Notes: generated from the letters alone by a model not told the origin. Counted from the first letter of the stretch, positions 1 to 14,001 are shown. The stretch is 64,000 bases of DNA from Octopus sinensis (GCF_006345805.1 NC_043008.1:50902001-50966000), one strand, 5' to 3'. Translations and numbers: made by a program.

Positions 1-84
1 AGATAGATATTGTTGTATATATAATGCATATGTAGATGTGTGTATGTATATATATACATATACATACATCTACGTTTATATACA

Positions 85-160
<76 letters not shown>

Positions 161-167
<7 letters not shown>

Positions 168-479
168 GAAAAGAATGGAGTCGAACGAAGATTTTAACAA
201 AATTCCTTTACTTTCGACATATGTTTCGAAGACTGCATGCTCTTAATTCCAAAGGAATGAAGGTTGCATTATGCCATCTTCTCATCAGGAAATACAAGGA
301 ACCTCTATCAGCCTCAAGACAAACAAGGCTGATAGAGGTTCCTTGTATTTCCTGATGAGAAGACGGCATAATGCAACCTTCATTCCTTTGGAATTAAGAG
401 TATGCAGTCTTCGAAACATATGTCGAAAGTAAAGGAATTTTGTTAAAATCTTCGTTCGACTCCATTCTTTTCATTTATT
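161..479. repeat. Near-perfect inverted repeat (154-bp arms, 11-nt spacer), probable Penelope-like pLTR derivative
   Basis: 161-314 is the reverse complement of 326-479 with about 2 mismatches; directly follows a (TA)n tract. Confidence 0.9.
339..437 (+). ncRNA. Minimal type-I hammerhead ribozyme motif (mirror copy on the - strand at ~203-301)
   Basis: CUGAUGA 352-358; stem II GAAGAC-g-GCAUA / UAUGC-a-GUCUUC; GAAA 413-416; palindromic stem III ACAUAUGU; GUC cleavage triplet 422-424; stem I UUUC/GAAA extendable to UUCCUU/AAGGAA. Confidence 0.75.
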
Positions 480-961
480 CATATAAAAAAACACACAAAT
501 TTCCACACACGAACACGGGGTTCAGCCCTTGGCATGTAACTTCAACCGTGTTTTACTGACGTGAATCTGCCACCCAGGTATTGATTAACTGAATTATCCA
601 TACTAGGATAATTCATTCATCTACTTAAATATATATATGTATATATATCATCATCATCGTTTAACGTCTGCTTTCCATGCTACCATGGGTTGGACGATTT
701 TAACCAGATGGCTGCACCAGGCTCCAATCTTGATCTGGCAGAGTTTCTACAGCTGGATGCATTCCTAACGCGAACAATTCCAAGAATGGTGTGGGTGCTT
801 TTTACATGCCACCGGCACGGGGGCCAGTCAAGCGGTACTGGCAACGACCTCGCTCGAATCTTTTTACAAATGCCACCGGCACAGGTACCAGTAAGGCAAC
901 GCTGGTAACGATCACGCTCAAATGGTGCCTTTTACGTGTCACCATATATATATATATATAT

Positions 962-1285
962 ACTAGAAGCTAAGCTCAATTTCACCGGTCTGTTTGGATG
1001 ATGTGGCTGTAAAACCTGCTGTGTGTAAGCATTTGACTTGTTTGGGCACGCTTATGTTAAAAAACAATTTTAGAATGACTTTTTCCTGTCAAAACGCTAA
1101 AAATAACTTACCCCCGCCCCCAAAAGACCGGCCAAGATTTAACCAAATCGAAAAATAAGCTGAAATACTAAGGAAAGATGAATCATCCCACTTCTATTGT
1201 GCGCGCACACCCACACATACACAAGCACACACACATACGCATGCACACACACAAGCATTCAGATACCTCCCTTTTACATACATAC
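962..1285 (-). mobile_element. Possible degenerate non-autonomous Helitron-like element
   Basis: CTAG-T terminus at 962-966, internal (CA) tract and an AT-rich opposite end, resembling the 56420-56809 element. The terminal hairpin is unclear. Confidence 0.3.
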
Positions 1286-1696
1286 ACATATATTCACACA
1301 GAGTTGAAATGCTGTTTGATTTATTTTTCAGCGTACAATTTTCACCATCCCACTACCAAGTATAACATCACTCCTTACTTCCTTATTCATCTATCACCCT
1401 TTCCTTTCTCATTCATAAACACAAGGGTATTATTACAGTAGACTATCTTGGTAACCATGGGAGCTATGAAAAAAATACAAAGCCCGGCAACACCACTGGA
1501 TCATTCTACACATCGGTGTAATTTTCCACGCAGTTCCACCCGCCCGTTTGACCGTGAATCCCAAGACAAGAAAGAATCGCCCATGTCAAATTTATATGTA
1601 TCCATCCATCCATCCATCCAGCCATACATACATACCTAACCCCCTCTCTCTGTCTGTTTCTTTTTCTCTGTCAATCTCTCACACTATCACTCACTA

Positions 1697-2085
1697 CAAA
1701 TGGCTGTGTGGTAAAAAGCTTGCTTCCCAACCACATGGTTCTGGGTTCAGTCCCACTGCGTGGCACCTTGGGCAAGTGTCTTCTACTATAGCCTCAGGTC
1801 GACCAAAGCCTTGTGAGTGGATTTGGTAGACGGAAACTGAAAGAAGCCCGTCATATATATGTATGTGTGTGTATGTTTGTGTGTGTGTTTGTCCCCCAAC
1901 ATCACTTGACAACCGATGGTGGTATGTTTACGTCCCCGTAACTTAGCGGTTCGGCAAAAGAGCCCGATAGAACAAGTACTATGCTTCCAGAGAATAAGTC
2001 CTGGGGTCGATTTGCTCGACTAAAGGCGATGCTCCAGCATGGCCGCAGTCAAATGACTGAAACAAGTAAAAGAGGGTAAAAGAGT
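1697..2085 (+). mobile_element. tRNA-derived SINE, family A (most abundant here)
   Basis: A-box TGGCTGTGTGGTAA, B-box GGTTCAGTCCC, internal (TG/TA) microsatellite, (AAAAGAGT)n-like tail. More than 12 related copies in the window. Confidence 0.85.
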
Positions 2086-2368
2086 ACAAAACGGTACTTA
2101 TACCGAATGTTCGCCAAGCTGAGTCATTATACACAGACGGAACAAGTCTACTGCTTACACCGTTTCCGGATCCAGTGACACGTTTTTTGTTGTTGATGTT
2201 CTCCAAATTTTGTTTTATTTAAATCTCATTATTATTATTTCTTCTTCCTCCCTTTTTGCTGACATGTGCCTACGTGTTCGTCTCATGCTCTTCGTGTTGT
2301 TGACATGAGCCCAGTAAACAATACACTGACTCTATAGGTTGTTTTTTCTAGTCATAATCTGTCAGAAA

Positions 2369-2393
2369 ATGGGTGTTTTGACCGTCAGAAGAG
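2369..2393 (+). CDS. GLT8D1: GLT8D-like coding exon 1 (MGVLTVRR)
   Basis: ATG in an aaaATGg context, strong donor AG|gtgagt, phase 1 matching exon 2. Gives a basic cytoplasmic tail before the TM segment, as expected for a type II Golgi protein. Confidence 0.7.
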
Positions 2394-2601
2394 GTGAGTT
2401 GATAAACAAATCAGTTTTTTAAAAAGAAAAATAAGGCGTTTCGCTTTTATAATTCTTTTTTTGTCAGCTGTTCCCTTTATTTATTTTGATGCCTGTCAAC
2501 AATGCCCGCGAACCCACGTAACTTTTTATGGAGCTGAGTCAAACTGTTATTAAATTATGTTTCTAACTTGCACCAAATGTGTTGAATGCCAATTTCATTA
2601 A

Positions 2602-2667
<66 letters not shown>

Positions 2668-4710
2668 TAGAAGTATTGGGGGTGATGTACAGATTTAATA
2701 CATATGAAAAGAAAAAGGTGTTCAGAATTCTGGATGGTTGTAAAAATATATATTTATTTAGTGATATGTAAATAAATATATATTTTTTACAACCATCCAT
2801 CATTCTGAACACCTTTTCCTTTCACACACACACATATATATATATATCAGTGGTTTTCAACCAGGGTTCCGCAAGAAGTTACAAAAATGCTAAAATCGAC
2901 AGTAATTTTTAATTCTCCTGTACAGATATGTGTGCATAAGACAATTAAATTATTGCATAGGGGTTCCTCGAGCCAGTGGAACGTTTCCTTGGGGTTCCGC
3001 TTCAGCAAAAACTTTTAAAAGCACTGATATATATGTATGTAACACCTTACATTTCTCTTTGTTCCTTGTACTTTCGTTCTTCCTCTATCTCTCCTCTTAT
3101 TTTTTACTTCTCTCTCTCATCTTTGTTTACTATAATCAGCCCATTCCGTCACAGTTCTTACGTTTATCTCTCTCCTTTCACACGTATTCCTAGACATAGC
3201 ATACAGACAACTTTAATAATGTTTATATGTCCGGACTTGTTACTTTTCTGCCGCCAGAACATACAAATTTCTGTTACTCACTCATTTACCACTCCCATAG
3301 ATAAACACAAAAAACTTATGCTAAACTTTTCCCCTACTCTTCAGCATTGAAACCGACTATGTCCGTGCCATATAATCTATCTGTTTTATATTCAAACTAA
3401 CCACATCTAAACCTCTAACACCTACCCTGCAACTCATTATAAAAATAAACAATCACATCATCGAAATCTCAACGCTACGAGATAATCCCTTCTACTCTAA
3501 GCACAAAGTCTGAAGTTCTTTTGGAGATTGTTAGTCAATTATGTCGACCATACTGCTCAACTGGTACTTAATTTACCGATCCTAAAAGGATAAAAGGCAA
3601 ATTTGACTCCAGCGGAATTTGAACTCAGGACATAAGACGGACGAAATGCCGCTAGGCATATTCTCCGGTCTGCTAACGATTCTTTCTACCAGTTCACCAC
3701 CTTAAAATTAAGAGATAATGCATGTTGAATCCACAACAATATGGGCAAATTAAGCATTATATTTGACCAAGGTGCTGTTTCTAGAAACTGAGTCCATGTG
3801 CTTAGCCAAGCAATTTCCCATTTAGTTTTAAATAAGGACCATTTGTCAGAAATCTTTGCACTTGGAAAGTCCTTCGTTTGGAATTCCCACCACTATATTG
3901 TTGACTCAGCTTCTTTCCGTGACACACCTATTAGAAGTACCATACAAAAACCATCCTAATTCTAGAAAATCTTCTCTCTCGTTTTATTTCTCTCTTTCAC
4001 CAAATTTTTCTCGCTGTGGTTTGTCTAAGTTTAGTCTTCCATCGCCGTGTCCCGAATATTTCGGTAAATGTGCAGAAATTACAGGGCGTAATTTGGAATA
4101 AATAAGGGACAGTGATGTGTCTCCCCACCATCCTATCTCCCAGTACTTTTTTTTTATACACCACAACAACGGAAACAAAATAATATTTATTATAGAAGTG
4201 TTGCAGCAATGATTGTTAACATCGTAGAAAGTCCATAATTGCTGTTGATTCCTCTCTTATGCACCATTGCATCTTAGATTTGATATGACTTTTTGGGGTA
4301 CTACTTAAGAAGGGTGGTCCCGGTTCGCGCACTCCCGTAGTCGCGCATCCGCGCCAGCTAGTCGTGACTAGTCGATCCTTACTTTGTATTTTTGTATTTT
4401 ATTTACTTTGTGTAAAAAAAAATTATATATTTTGTGTTTTATTTACCTTGCTAGGTAGTCGTTGTAGGATCGACTAGTCACGACTAGTTAGCGCCGATGC
4501 GCGAGTACACGAGTGCGCGCACCGGTACCACTCCTCTCAAGTCGTACCACTTTTTTTTATAAACGTTTTTTGTGATTAATTTTTCTCGTACCAATAATAA
4601 ACAACATTTCATTTTCGTTTCGGTATTTCAAATAAACTGTTTATATTTTTATAGATTCCTCATTTCTTCGAATTTACGACGTAATTCTTCACAGTTGCCA
4701 GAATTTCTTT

Positions 4711-4747
<37 letters not shown>

Positions 4748-7700
4748 TCTGAAGACGGCAGGAAATAATTGCAATAACATAAAGAAAATAAAAAGCCATG
4801 ACGGAAATTTTCCTTTGATGTTTCCTCCTCCTCCTCCACCCCTTGCTGTTAATATTTAAACTGTGACGTCACTGAGTAATTAACGAACTCTACATATTCT
4901 CATTATTCCTCTCTTTTTAAAGCGGTCTTTTGTTTTGTGCCATCGTTGTTTAACCTCGTCAGTTTTCACGATCAAATGCGATCCGGTCGTGACCATCGCA
5001 TCCTTTTCCCAACCCCCTTTGACTACATTACCCAGTATGTTATTGCCTAATATGGTAGAGTGACATTGAGGTTAGATATGGTTGCTATTTTTAGCAAGTC
5101 AAGCGACCACACACACAGCGGTTGGTTCCCACATTGGCTCATTATTATTATTGATTACTAAGCAGGCTTATAATTAAAGCCTCACCAGCTGTATACCAAG
5201 TTTTTTTTTTTACATTAAAGGGGAGGGGCAAAGCAAAATACAATCATGTCTGAAAATCAATATTAAAAAAAAAATGAGCAAAACGATATTTTCTGAACCT
5301 CATCTTTGTCTTTTTAGGACCCTAAAAATGTCTTTACGGGAGTGGTTAAAGTTGATGCTATTAAATGTGTTTAGCGAGTTCAAGTGCTGCCCAGGTCGAC
5401 TTTGTCTTTCATCCCTTCTGGGTGGATAAAATAAATACCAATTGAGAACTGGCGGAGGTGCAATGGCCCAGTGGTTAGGGCAGCGGTCTCGCGGTCGGAG
5501 TATCGCGGTTTCGATTCCCAGACCGGGCGTTGTGTGTGTTTATTGATCGAAAACACCTAAAGCTCCACGAGGCTTCGGCAGTGGGTGGTGGCGACCCCTG
5601 TTGTACTCTCTTTATTCCTGTTTCTTGAGTAACTCTGCGATGGACTAGCGTCCAGTCCAGCTGGGAGAACACATATGCCATAGAAACCGGGAAACTGGGC
5701 CCATGAGCCTGGCTAGGCTTGAAAAAGGCGCATAAATAATAAATAATAAATTGAGAACTGGGGGTTTGATGTAATCCACTAGGATACTTTGAGGCATCTT
5801 TTCTGGATTTTTATGCTGTAACAGTTTTATCAGCCCTAAAATAGCAGCCGTTCCTTTTGAATAACATCACTTGCTCACTCATGCTTTTGCTTGATGGGAG
5901 CCATCCTAGGTTAGTGGTCCCAGAAGCACCATCATGTGTAGAGCCATCCAGGTCCACCAGTGATTGTTGGCTGTCCCATGCCAGCCCCTCTGCATTCTTG
6001 TTAGTCTGGGGTCATGCATGGTCCCATTTTAATATTGAATACTTTAGTTTCTTCATGTTGGTGTTTTAACAAGTTGAAGTCCTGGGCAGGTTGCTGGTCC
6101 TTTGCAGAACAGTTGGATGATGGGGGCTGCCATATAGGTTCTGAGCCAATGTGCTGCAGGTCAGTGTTAGTCTGGAATCTCCCCAGGAGACTAGCCTGCC
6201 TAGGGTGGCCTTACCAGGAGCAAAGCTCCCAATGCTAATGCTCTCTCAGATCTGCAGAACACAAGCCTCCTTGCCATAACAAGGCCATATCCAGGAGTAG
6301 GAACAACATCAGTGGCATGATAATGATGATGGCAGTTTCTTCATATCTGAAGATCATGAGGAAGAGTGGCTCATCCTCAAGTGCTCATGAAAACCAACCC
6401 TTGATGCTTCAGGACTTTTCTTCCTCTCAGCACTGTGTAGTTTTATGGTGTGAGTCAATCCATGTGATCTGATCCAACTCAAGTTGTTCAGTTACCAGTC
6501 ATGTAATCTTGCCTAGGCCATCTTTTCCTTTCCTTTCAGGGTTGATAAACTAAAGCACCAGTCTAGCATTAGCTACACCCTCCCTCAAAATTGCTGGCCT
6601 TGTGCCTATGTTAGAAGCAATTATTATTATTATTACCTCTGCCTTAGCGAAGGTGGAGGTATTGTTTTCAGTCCTGTTTGTTTGTTTGTCCATGGACAAG
6701 ATATCTCAAGAACCACCAGATGGATTCAGATGAAACTTTCAAGGATGTTTGACCTTGTTACTGGCACATAGTGATTAGATTTTGGGATCGATCCTGTACC
6801 GGACAAGGATTCTGGATTTTTTTTTTTACTTAATTTTTGAGAGTGGTCGGGTTCATTTTTAGTATTCTCGTTTGTGAGAGCAGTCGAGTTCATTTAAGAT
6901 ATTCTCATCTTAAAAATCATCTCTGGCTAATCATTGAGAGGATGTTGGTACTGTCTTAGCAGAGGTTTGCACTCTCTGAGTGCCCTTATTATTATTATTA
7001 GGGGCTTGACATCAAGAATGTCATTAGGTGCTCACTACTCTTTACCAATCTGGTCATATGGTTGGCACCAAGTTCTATGGTAGCACTGTATGGAAACCTA
7101 CTGGTGGGTAAGAGTGATGATATTGTCACGTAAACTCTTGGCATTGGTGAAAATGAACTCCCTGGTTTATTTCAGACAACTTTTGGATCTAGTCCTACCA
7201 TAGATAACTTCCAGAAATTTTTGGCCTAGCAGTGTTACTGAGGAGCACTCCCATTCGGAGATAATCTCTACAAGCATGGAAGCGCTGTCAAGCAGGACTT
7301 TCCGAGACGTGCACAGAACGACAAAACCATTCTGCATACATCGTGCAGTGTCTGAGTTACGCTGACTTGTGGAGTTATGTCTAGCAAGCCTTGTGTCTAT
7401 AGTAGAAAGAAATCCTGAAGAAGTAAGTGCCGGTTGAGCACTGGGGCTGATGTACAGCAATCTCCCTCTTAAGTATGCGACTTGAACCCAACCGCTTGTG
7501 CGTACTTAGCAACAGTGGTAGCAAATAAGTTATGCAAATATACGTAGGCAGCCGTTCACAGCAAGGCTCTTGTATGCACCTGGTTTTGGATCATATTTGT
7601 GTTCTTTCCTGTCAGTTTTCTCCCTGATGTCAAGCAAAAATAAGGGGAAGCGTTTGGGTGAGCCATTTATTACCTATTTAGATGTTTGTTAATGTTACCG

Positions 7701-10700
7701 TAGAATAAATCGTTGATAAACTTGAAACTGGGATTCTTGGAGACTTTTGTGCGTACTTATCTGGGGTGGGTACTTGAACAGGGGCGTACTTAACTGAGAA
7801 GTTACTGTAATCACCTAGCATTCCTCCCCCAAATTTCAGGCCTTGTGCCTATAGTAGAAAACATTATTATTATTATTGAGTGAGAGAGCAGTGCATGCCA
7901 TCAAAGTGTCACAGGGGTAAAATATACGAAACCCAGTATACCTATCATGACTACCTATCTGATAAGGGTACACTAGGCACATGCATCACAACCAAATGTG
8001 CGCGACATGGTGATCTCATATCAAGAAAAACAGCGTATGACCTTGAAGGTGGGGCCCAGTTAGAATTTTTTTCTGGTCGAGTAACCCATCCCACTCAAAA
8101 GGTCCCTGAATAAGGATTGTTTAAGAATGTTGAATGAACCACCCATGTTTCCAAAGGTGAATTATCCAAACCTCTAAGAATTCCTTTCAGCACACGGCTA
8201 TGATGCTCCCCCACTACTTCTGCTCGTGATCAGAGATGCACATATCATCAGCCACTAAGGGACATGGTCAAACTAAACAGCGTATGACCTTGCAGGTGGG
8301 GCCCAGTTAGAATTTTCTTCTGGTCGAGTAGCCTATCCCACTCAAAAGGTCCCTGAATAAGGGTTGTTTAAGGATATTAAACGAAACATCCATGTTTCCA
8401 GAGGTGAATTATTCAAACCCCAAAGAATTCCTCTCAATACATGGCTATGATGCTCCCCCACTACTTCTGCTTATGATCAGAGATGCACATATCGTCAGCC
8501 TCTAAGGGACATGGTCAAACTAAACAGCGTATGACCTTGCAGGTGGGGCCCAGTTAGAATTTTTTTCTGGTCGAGTAGCCCATCCCACTCAAAAGGTCCC
8601 TGAATAAGGATTGTTTAAGGATGTTGAATGAACCACCCATGTTTTCAAAGGTGAATTATCCAAACCTCTTAGAATTCCTCTCAACACATGGCTATGGTGC
8701 TCCCCCACTACTTCTGCTCGTGATCAGAGATGCACATATCATCAGCCACCAAGGGACATGCTCAACTGGTTTTGGTCAAACAACTGACAAGCAAATCTGT
8801 GCTGTAGCCCATCTTTTATACCAAGACAAAACAATGTACATGATAGCACTTATTATTATTATTAAAAAACGAGGTGGTGAGCTGGCAGAATCATTAGCAT
8901 GCTGGGCAGAATGCTTAGCAGCATTTTGTCTGTCTTCATGTTTTGGTTTCAAATTCCACTGAGGTCAGCTTTGCCCTTTTTCCTTTCAGGGTCAATATAA
9001 TAAGTAGCCATAGAAGACTCAGGGGTTGATGTAATTGACTTACCCCCTCCTCCAAACTTGCTGGCCTTGTGCCAAAATTTGAAACAATAATAATAACGGT
9101 ACCTATTTATTTATTTATTTATTTTTGTACAGTTGGCTTTGGTATCTTTTTGGTGTGGTTGCTGACCCTGCTGTACCTGTGGTTCCCAGCAATAAAAGGT
9201 ACTAAAAGATGGCCTTGGATCAGCCAGAAAGGTAAACTGGATTCTCTTTATAAATGTCTTCTGGTGTAACAATATATATATTTATGTTTATTAAAGGGGT
9301 GTGTCTGTGTGATGGTGGTGGTGATTCGAGGGCAACATAGCTGCCCTTTGTTATTTTTGATGGTTGTGTGAATCTGTGTAAAGGCTCCTTTGGGTGGCTT
9401 GTGTGTGTGTGTGTGTGTGTAGTATGTACTTATGAATGCAGGTGTGTTTGTTACAGAAAGAGAAAGAGAGAGAGAAAGGGCAAAAGAGAGAAAGCCTTCC
9501 TTTGTCTTTGAGTGTCTTCCATCTTTCTAAAACTGACTGAAGGCAAATCATCTGTAAAAGTTGTTACTGAGTCTAAGCTCAGCCATGAGATTGGACAGAC
9601 TTATGATCAAAGGCCTTCCTGCCATGACCATCTCATCGTAGTTTCTGACACAATTTCTCCCTTCTCTTTTAAGATCAAGCAGGTTTGTATCCGAAGACTT
9701 AAAGACCAAACTTTAAAAGCAAACCCTTTTCATTCTTTGTTCATACGTTGCAATTTTCATTTATTTTATAGGTCTCAAGAGCTCTAAAATAAAATTGTCC
9801 CCCAACTTAACTAATGCTGTTCATGTGATATTGGCATCTGATGAGAACACAATAGGCGGGATGATTGCTACTATGAACAGTATTTACTCCAACACCAAAC
9901 ACAATGTTATGTTTCACCTTATTGTTTCTGAACATAGTGTTGATCACGTAGTGTAAGTATAACCTCCTTGTTTTTTTCTGTGTCCCTTTCTGTAGAAGAG
10001 CGTAGGCTCGAAACGTAAAAGACTTTCTATTCCTGAGTGTTATACTAATGCATCTGTTTGTTTTGTACACCACCCGTCTTCGTCTTTTGTTTTTTTCCAT
10101 AAACTCTCCCTATAACCTCTTACCTCACTTCCTTTATTCTTTTAAGGTTTGTACCACATAAAAAGGCATCCACGCTGGCACCATGTAAAAGGTACCCAGT
10201 ACACTCTGTAAAATAGCTGATGTTAAGAAGGGCATCCAGCTGTAGAAACCATGCCAAAAACAGACAATTGGAGCTTGGTGCAAGCCTCTGGCTGGCCAGC
10301 TTCTGTCAAACTGTCTAACCCATGCCAGGTTCCACCCCAAAGGCTGTAACCATGCTGGGGCACCACCATAAACCAATAAACATTTAAATTAGACATATCT
10401 GGCTCAGATATTCTATCAGTTTTTTTTAAGACTGGCCAGGTCTGGCCTCTCACACCTACCTTGCAATGTCATTCTAAAAACTAAACAATCACTTCTTTGA
10501 AATCTTAAAGCTGTGAGAGCAGGCATGATTAATTGAGAATAGTGTTAATAAGTAAGTGTTGCATTTAACAGAAATAGTAGTTTAAGGCGGCAATCTGACA
10601 GAAACATTAGCACACCAGGCGAAATTCTTAGCGGTATTTTGTCTGCTGTTACGTTCTGAGTTCAAATTCTGCCGAGGTCGACTTTGCCTTTCATCCTTTC

Positions 10701-13630
10701 GGGGTCGATTAAATAAGTACCAGTTATGCACTGGGGTCGATATAATCGATTTAATCCGTTTGTCTGTCCTTGTTTAGCCCCTTGTGGGCAGTAAAGAAAT
10801 AAGAAATAGTAGTTAAATCTTTCTGTCAAACGATGTTGGGGGGGAAAAAAAGAACACACAAACATATACACACACATACACACACACATATATGTATATA
10901 TATATATATATATATAACCTTTTTCAATAACAAAAATTACACATTTTACACAAGTGTGTGTGTGTGTGTGAGTATGCATAAACAAATGTGCATGCATGTG
11001 TGTGTGTGTGTACATGTATGTATATACAGGTGTACAATGTGGTTGAGTTTATATTATATCTGGATGTATATATGGGTGTGTATGATGATGTCGTTATTAT
11101 CATCTTTTTAATGTACATTTTTCTATAGTCACATTTTATGTACATACATACATATGAACTATGTGTGTGTGTGTATATAAATATATATTTTTTTTCTATA
11201 TTTAACGAGACGTGAGGCTGATCGTTAAATATAGAATAAATGTATTTATAATTTATAGCTCCTTATCGCTAAGATAAATATAGCTCACGCATCTCCCATA
11301 GATAGGCAAAATATCTCTCTCTCAAATTTAGGTATTTTATACCTACTAATAAGTATTTCTCTTCTGGGCCGTGACAGCTGAGGATATGCGTAAGCTTGCA
11401 AGAAATGAAGCCAGTATGCTCCGATGGATGTGTAATGTCAGTGTTCATAATCGTCAGAGTGTAAGTACTTTGAGAGAAAAGTTGAACCTAAGAAGTGTCA
11501 GTTGTGGTGTGCAAGAGAGACGGCTGCGCTGGTGTGGTCATGTGACGAGAATGGCTGAAGATAGTTGTGTGCAAAAGTGCTACACCCTAGCAGTTGAGGG
11601 AACCTGTGGAAGAGGTAGACCCAGGAAAACCTGGGACGAGGTGGTGAAGCACGACCTTCGAACTTTAGGTCTCACTGAAGGCCGAGTCCTATGGAAGTGT
11701 GCTGTGCATGAGAGGACCCGGCAGGACTAGTCAGGCCATATCCCGTGGCCCCTACCTGGGACGTAGCCGATCCACCTGTGCATACCTTCCTTCTTGTGAC
11801 ACTTGTGAAGACCTGCTGAGGCAAGTGAAAATCAATCAAAATAGATGAACATCAATGGAATTTGTATCTTTGTGGTACCAGTGCCTGTGGCACACAAGAA
11901 AACCATCCGAACGTGGCCGTAGCCAGTACCGCATCGACTGGCCTCCGTGCTGTGGGAACATGGTGGCACATAAAAACACCATCCGAAGACCCGGCAAGAC
12001 TAGTCAGGTCATAACCCGTGGCCCCTACCTGGGACGTAGTCAGTCCACCTGTACATACTTTCCTTCTTGTGACACTTGTGAAGACCTGTTGAGGCAAGTG
12101 AAAATCAAAAATCAAAACAAATCAAAATAGATGAACATCAATGGAATTTGTATCTTTGTGGTACCAGTGCCGGTGGCACACAAGAATCCATCCGAACGTG
12201 GCCGTAGTCAGTACCGCTTGTGGTACCAGTGCCGGTGGCACACAAGAATCCATCCGAACGTGGCCGTAGTCAGTACCGCATCACTGGCCATCGTACTGTG
12301 GCCGTTCGCCAGCCTCATCTAGCACCTGTGTCGGTGGCACATAAAAACACCATCCGAAGACCCGGCAAGACTAGTCAGGCCATAACCCATGGCCCCTACC
12401 TGGGACGTAGTCAGTCCACCTGTGCATACCTTCCTCCTTGTGATACTTGTGAAGGCCTGTTGAGGCAAGTGAAAATCAAAATCAAAATCAAAATCAAAAC
12501 AAATCAAAATAGATGAACATCAATGGAATTTGTATCTTTGTGGTACCAGTGCCTGTGGCACACAAGAATCCATCCGAACGTGGCCGTAGTCAGTACCGCA
12601 TCGACTGGCCATCGTGCTGTGGGCACATAACAAACACCATCCGATCGTGGCCGTTCGCCAGCCTCATCTAGCACCTGTGTCGGTGGCACATAAAAACACC
12701 ATCCGAAGACCCGGCAAGACTAGTCAGGCCATATCCCATGGCCCCTACCTGGGACGTAGTCAGTCCACCTGTGCATACCTTCCTCCTTGTGATACTTGTG
12801 AAGGCCTGTTGAGGCAAGTGAAAATCAAAACAAATCAAATCAAATCAAATCAAAACAAATCAAAATAGATGAACATTAATGGAATTGTATCTTTGTGGTA
12901 CCAGTGCCGATGGCACACAAGAAAACCATCCGAATGTGGCCGTAGCCAGTACTGCACCGACTGGCCTCCATGCTGTGGGCACGTAACAAACACCATCCGA
13001 TCGTGGCCGTTCGCCAGCCTCATCTGGCACCTGTGTCGGTGGCACATAAAAACACCATCCGAAGACCCGGCAAGACTAGTCAGGCCATAACCTGTGGCCC
13101 CTACCTGGGACGTAGTCAGTCCACCTGTGCATACCTTCCTTCTTGTGACACTTGTGAAGACCTGTTGAGGCAAGTGAAAATCAAAACAAATCAAAATAGA
13201 TGAACATCAATGGAATTTGTATCTTTGTGGTACCAGTGACCGTGGCACGTGGCACACAAGAAAACCATCCGAACGTGGCCATAGCCAGTACCGCATCGAC
13301 TGGCCTCCGTGCTGTGGGCACGTAACAAACACCATCCGATCGTGGCCGTTTGCCAGCCTCATCTGGCACCTGTGTCGGTGGCACATAAAAACACCATCCG
13401 AGCGTGGCCGTTTGCCAGCCTCGTCTGGCACCTGTGTCGGTGGCACATAAAATCACCCACTACACTCTCGGAGTGGTTGGCGTTAGGAAGGGCATCCAGC
13501 TGTAGAAACACTGCCAGATCTGACTGGACTGGTGCAGCTTTCGGGCTCCCCAGACCCCAGTTGAACCGTCCAACCCATGCTAGCATGGAAAGCGGACGTT
13601 AAATGATGATGATGATGATGATGATATATA

Positions 13631-13671
<41 letters not shown>

Positions 13672-13693
13672 TAATATTATATATATATATATA

Positions 13694-13743
<50 letters not shown>

Positions 13744-13884
13744 AATAATAATATATATAATATTATATATATATATATATATATATAAATAATAATATAT
13801 ATATATTATATATATATATAATATAATATATATATTATATATATATAATATATATAATATATATATATATATAAATAATATATA

Positions 13885-13915
<31 letters not shown>

Positions 13916-14001
13916 ATATAATATATATATATATAATATATTATATATATATAAATAATAATATATATATATATATTATATATATATATGTATGTATAAA
14001 T

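Noticed and set aside
1979-2310. Possible first exon of a divergent minus-strand gene
   Set aside because: All frames hit early stops or run into a SINE, and the donor is weak; cannot be supported without RNA data.
8240-8750. CTGAYGA on the minus strand of each 247-bp unit
   Set aside because: No stem II-GAAA-UH arrangement could be built.
11200-11365. AT-rich segment upstream of the RTE fragment, considered as a possible NUMT
   Set aside because: No recognisable mitochondrial protein in the frames checked under the invertebrate mitochondrial code.
11715-13450. CRISPR-like regular repeats
   Set aside because: Eukaryotic context, no unique spacers and no cas genes; these are retroposon tandem units.
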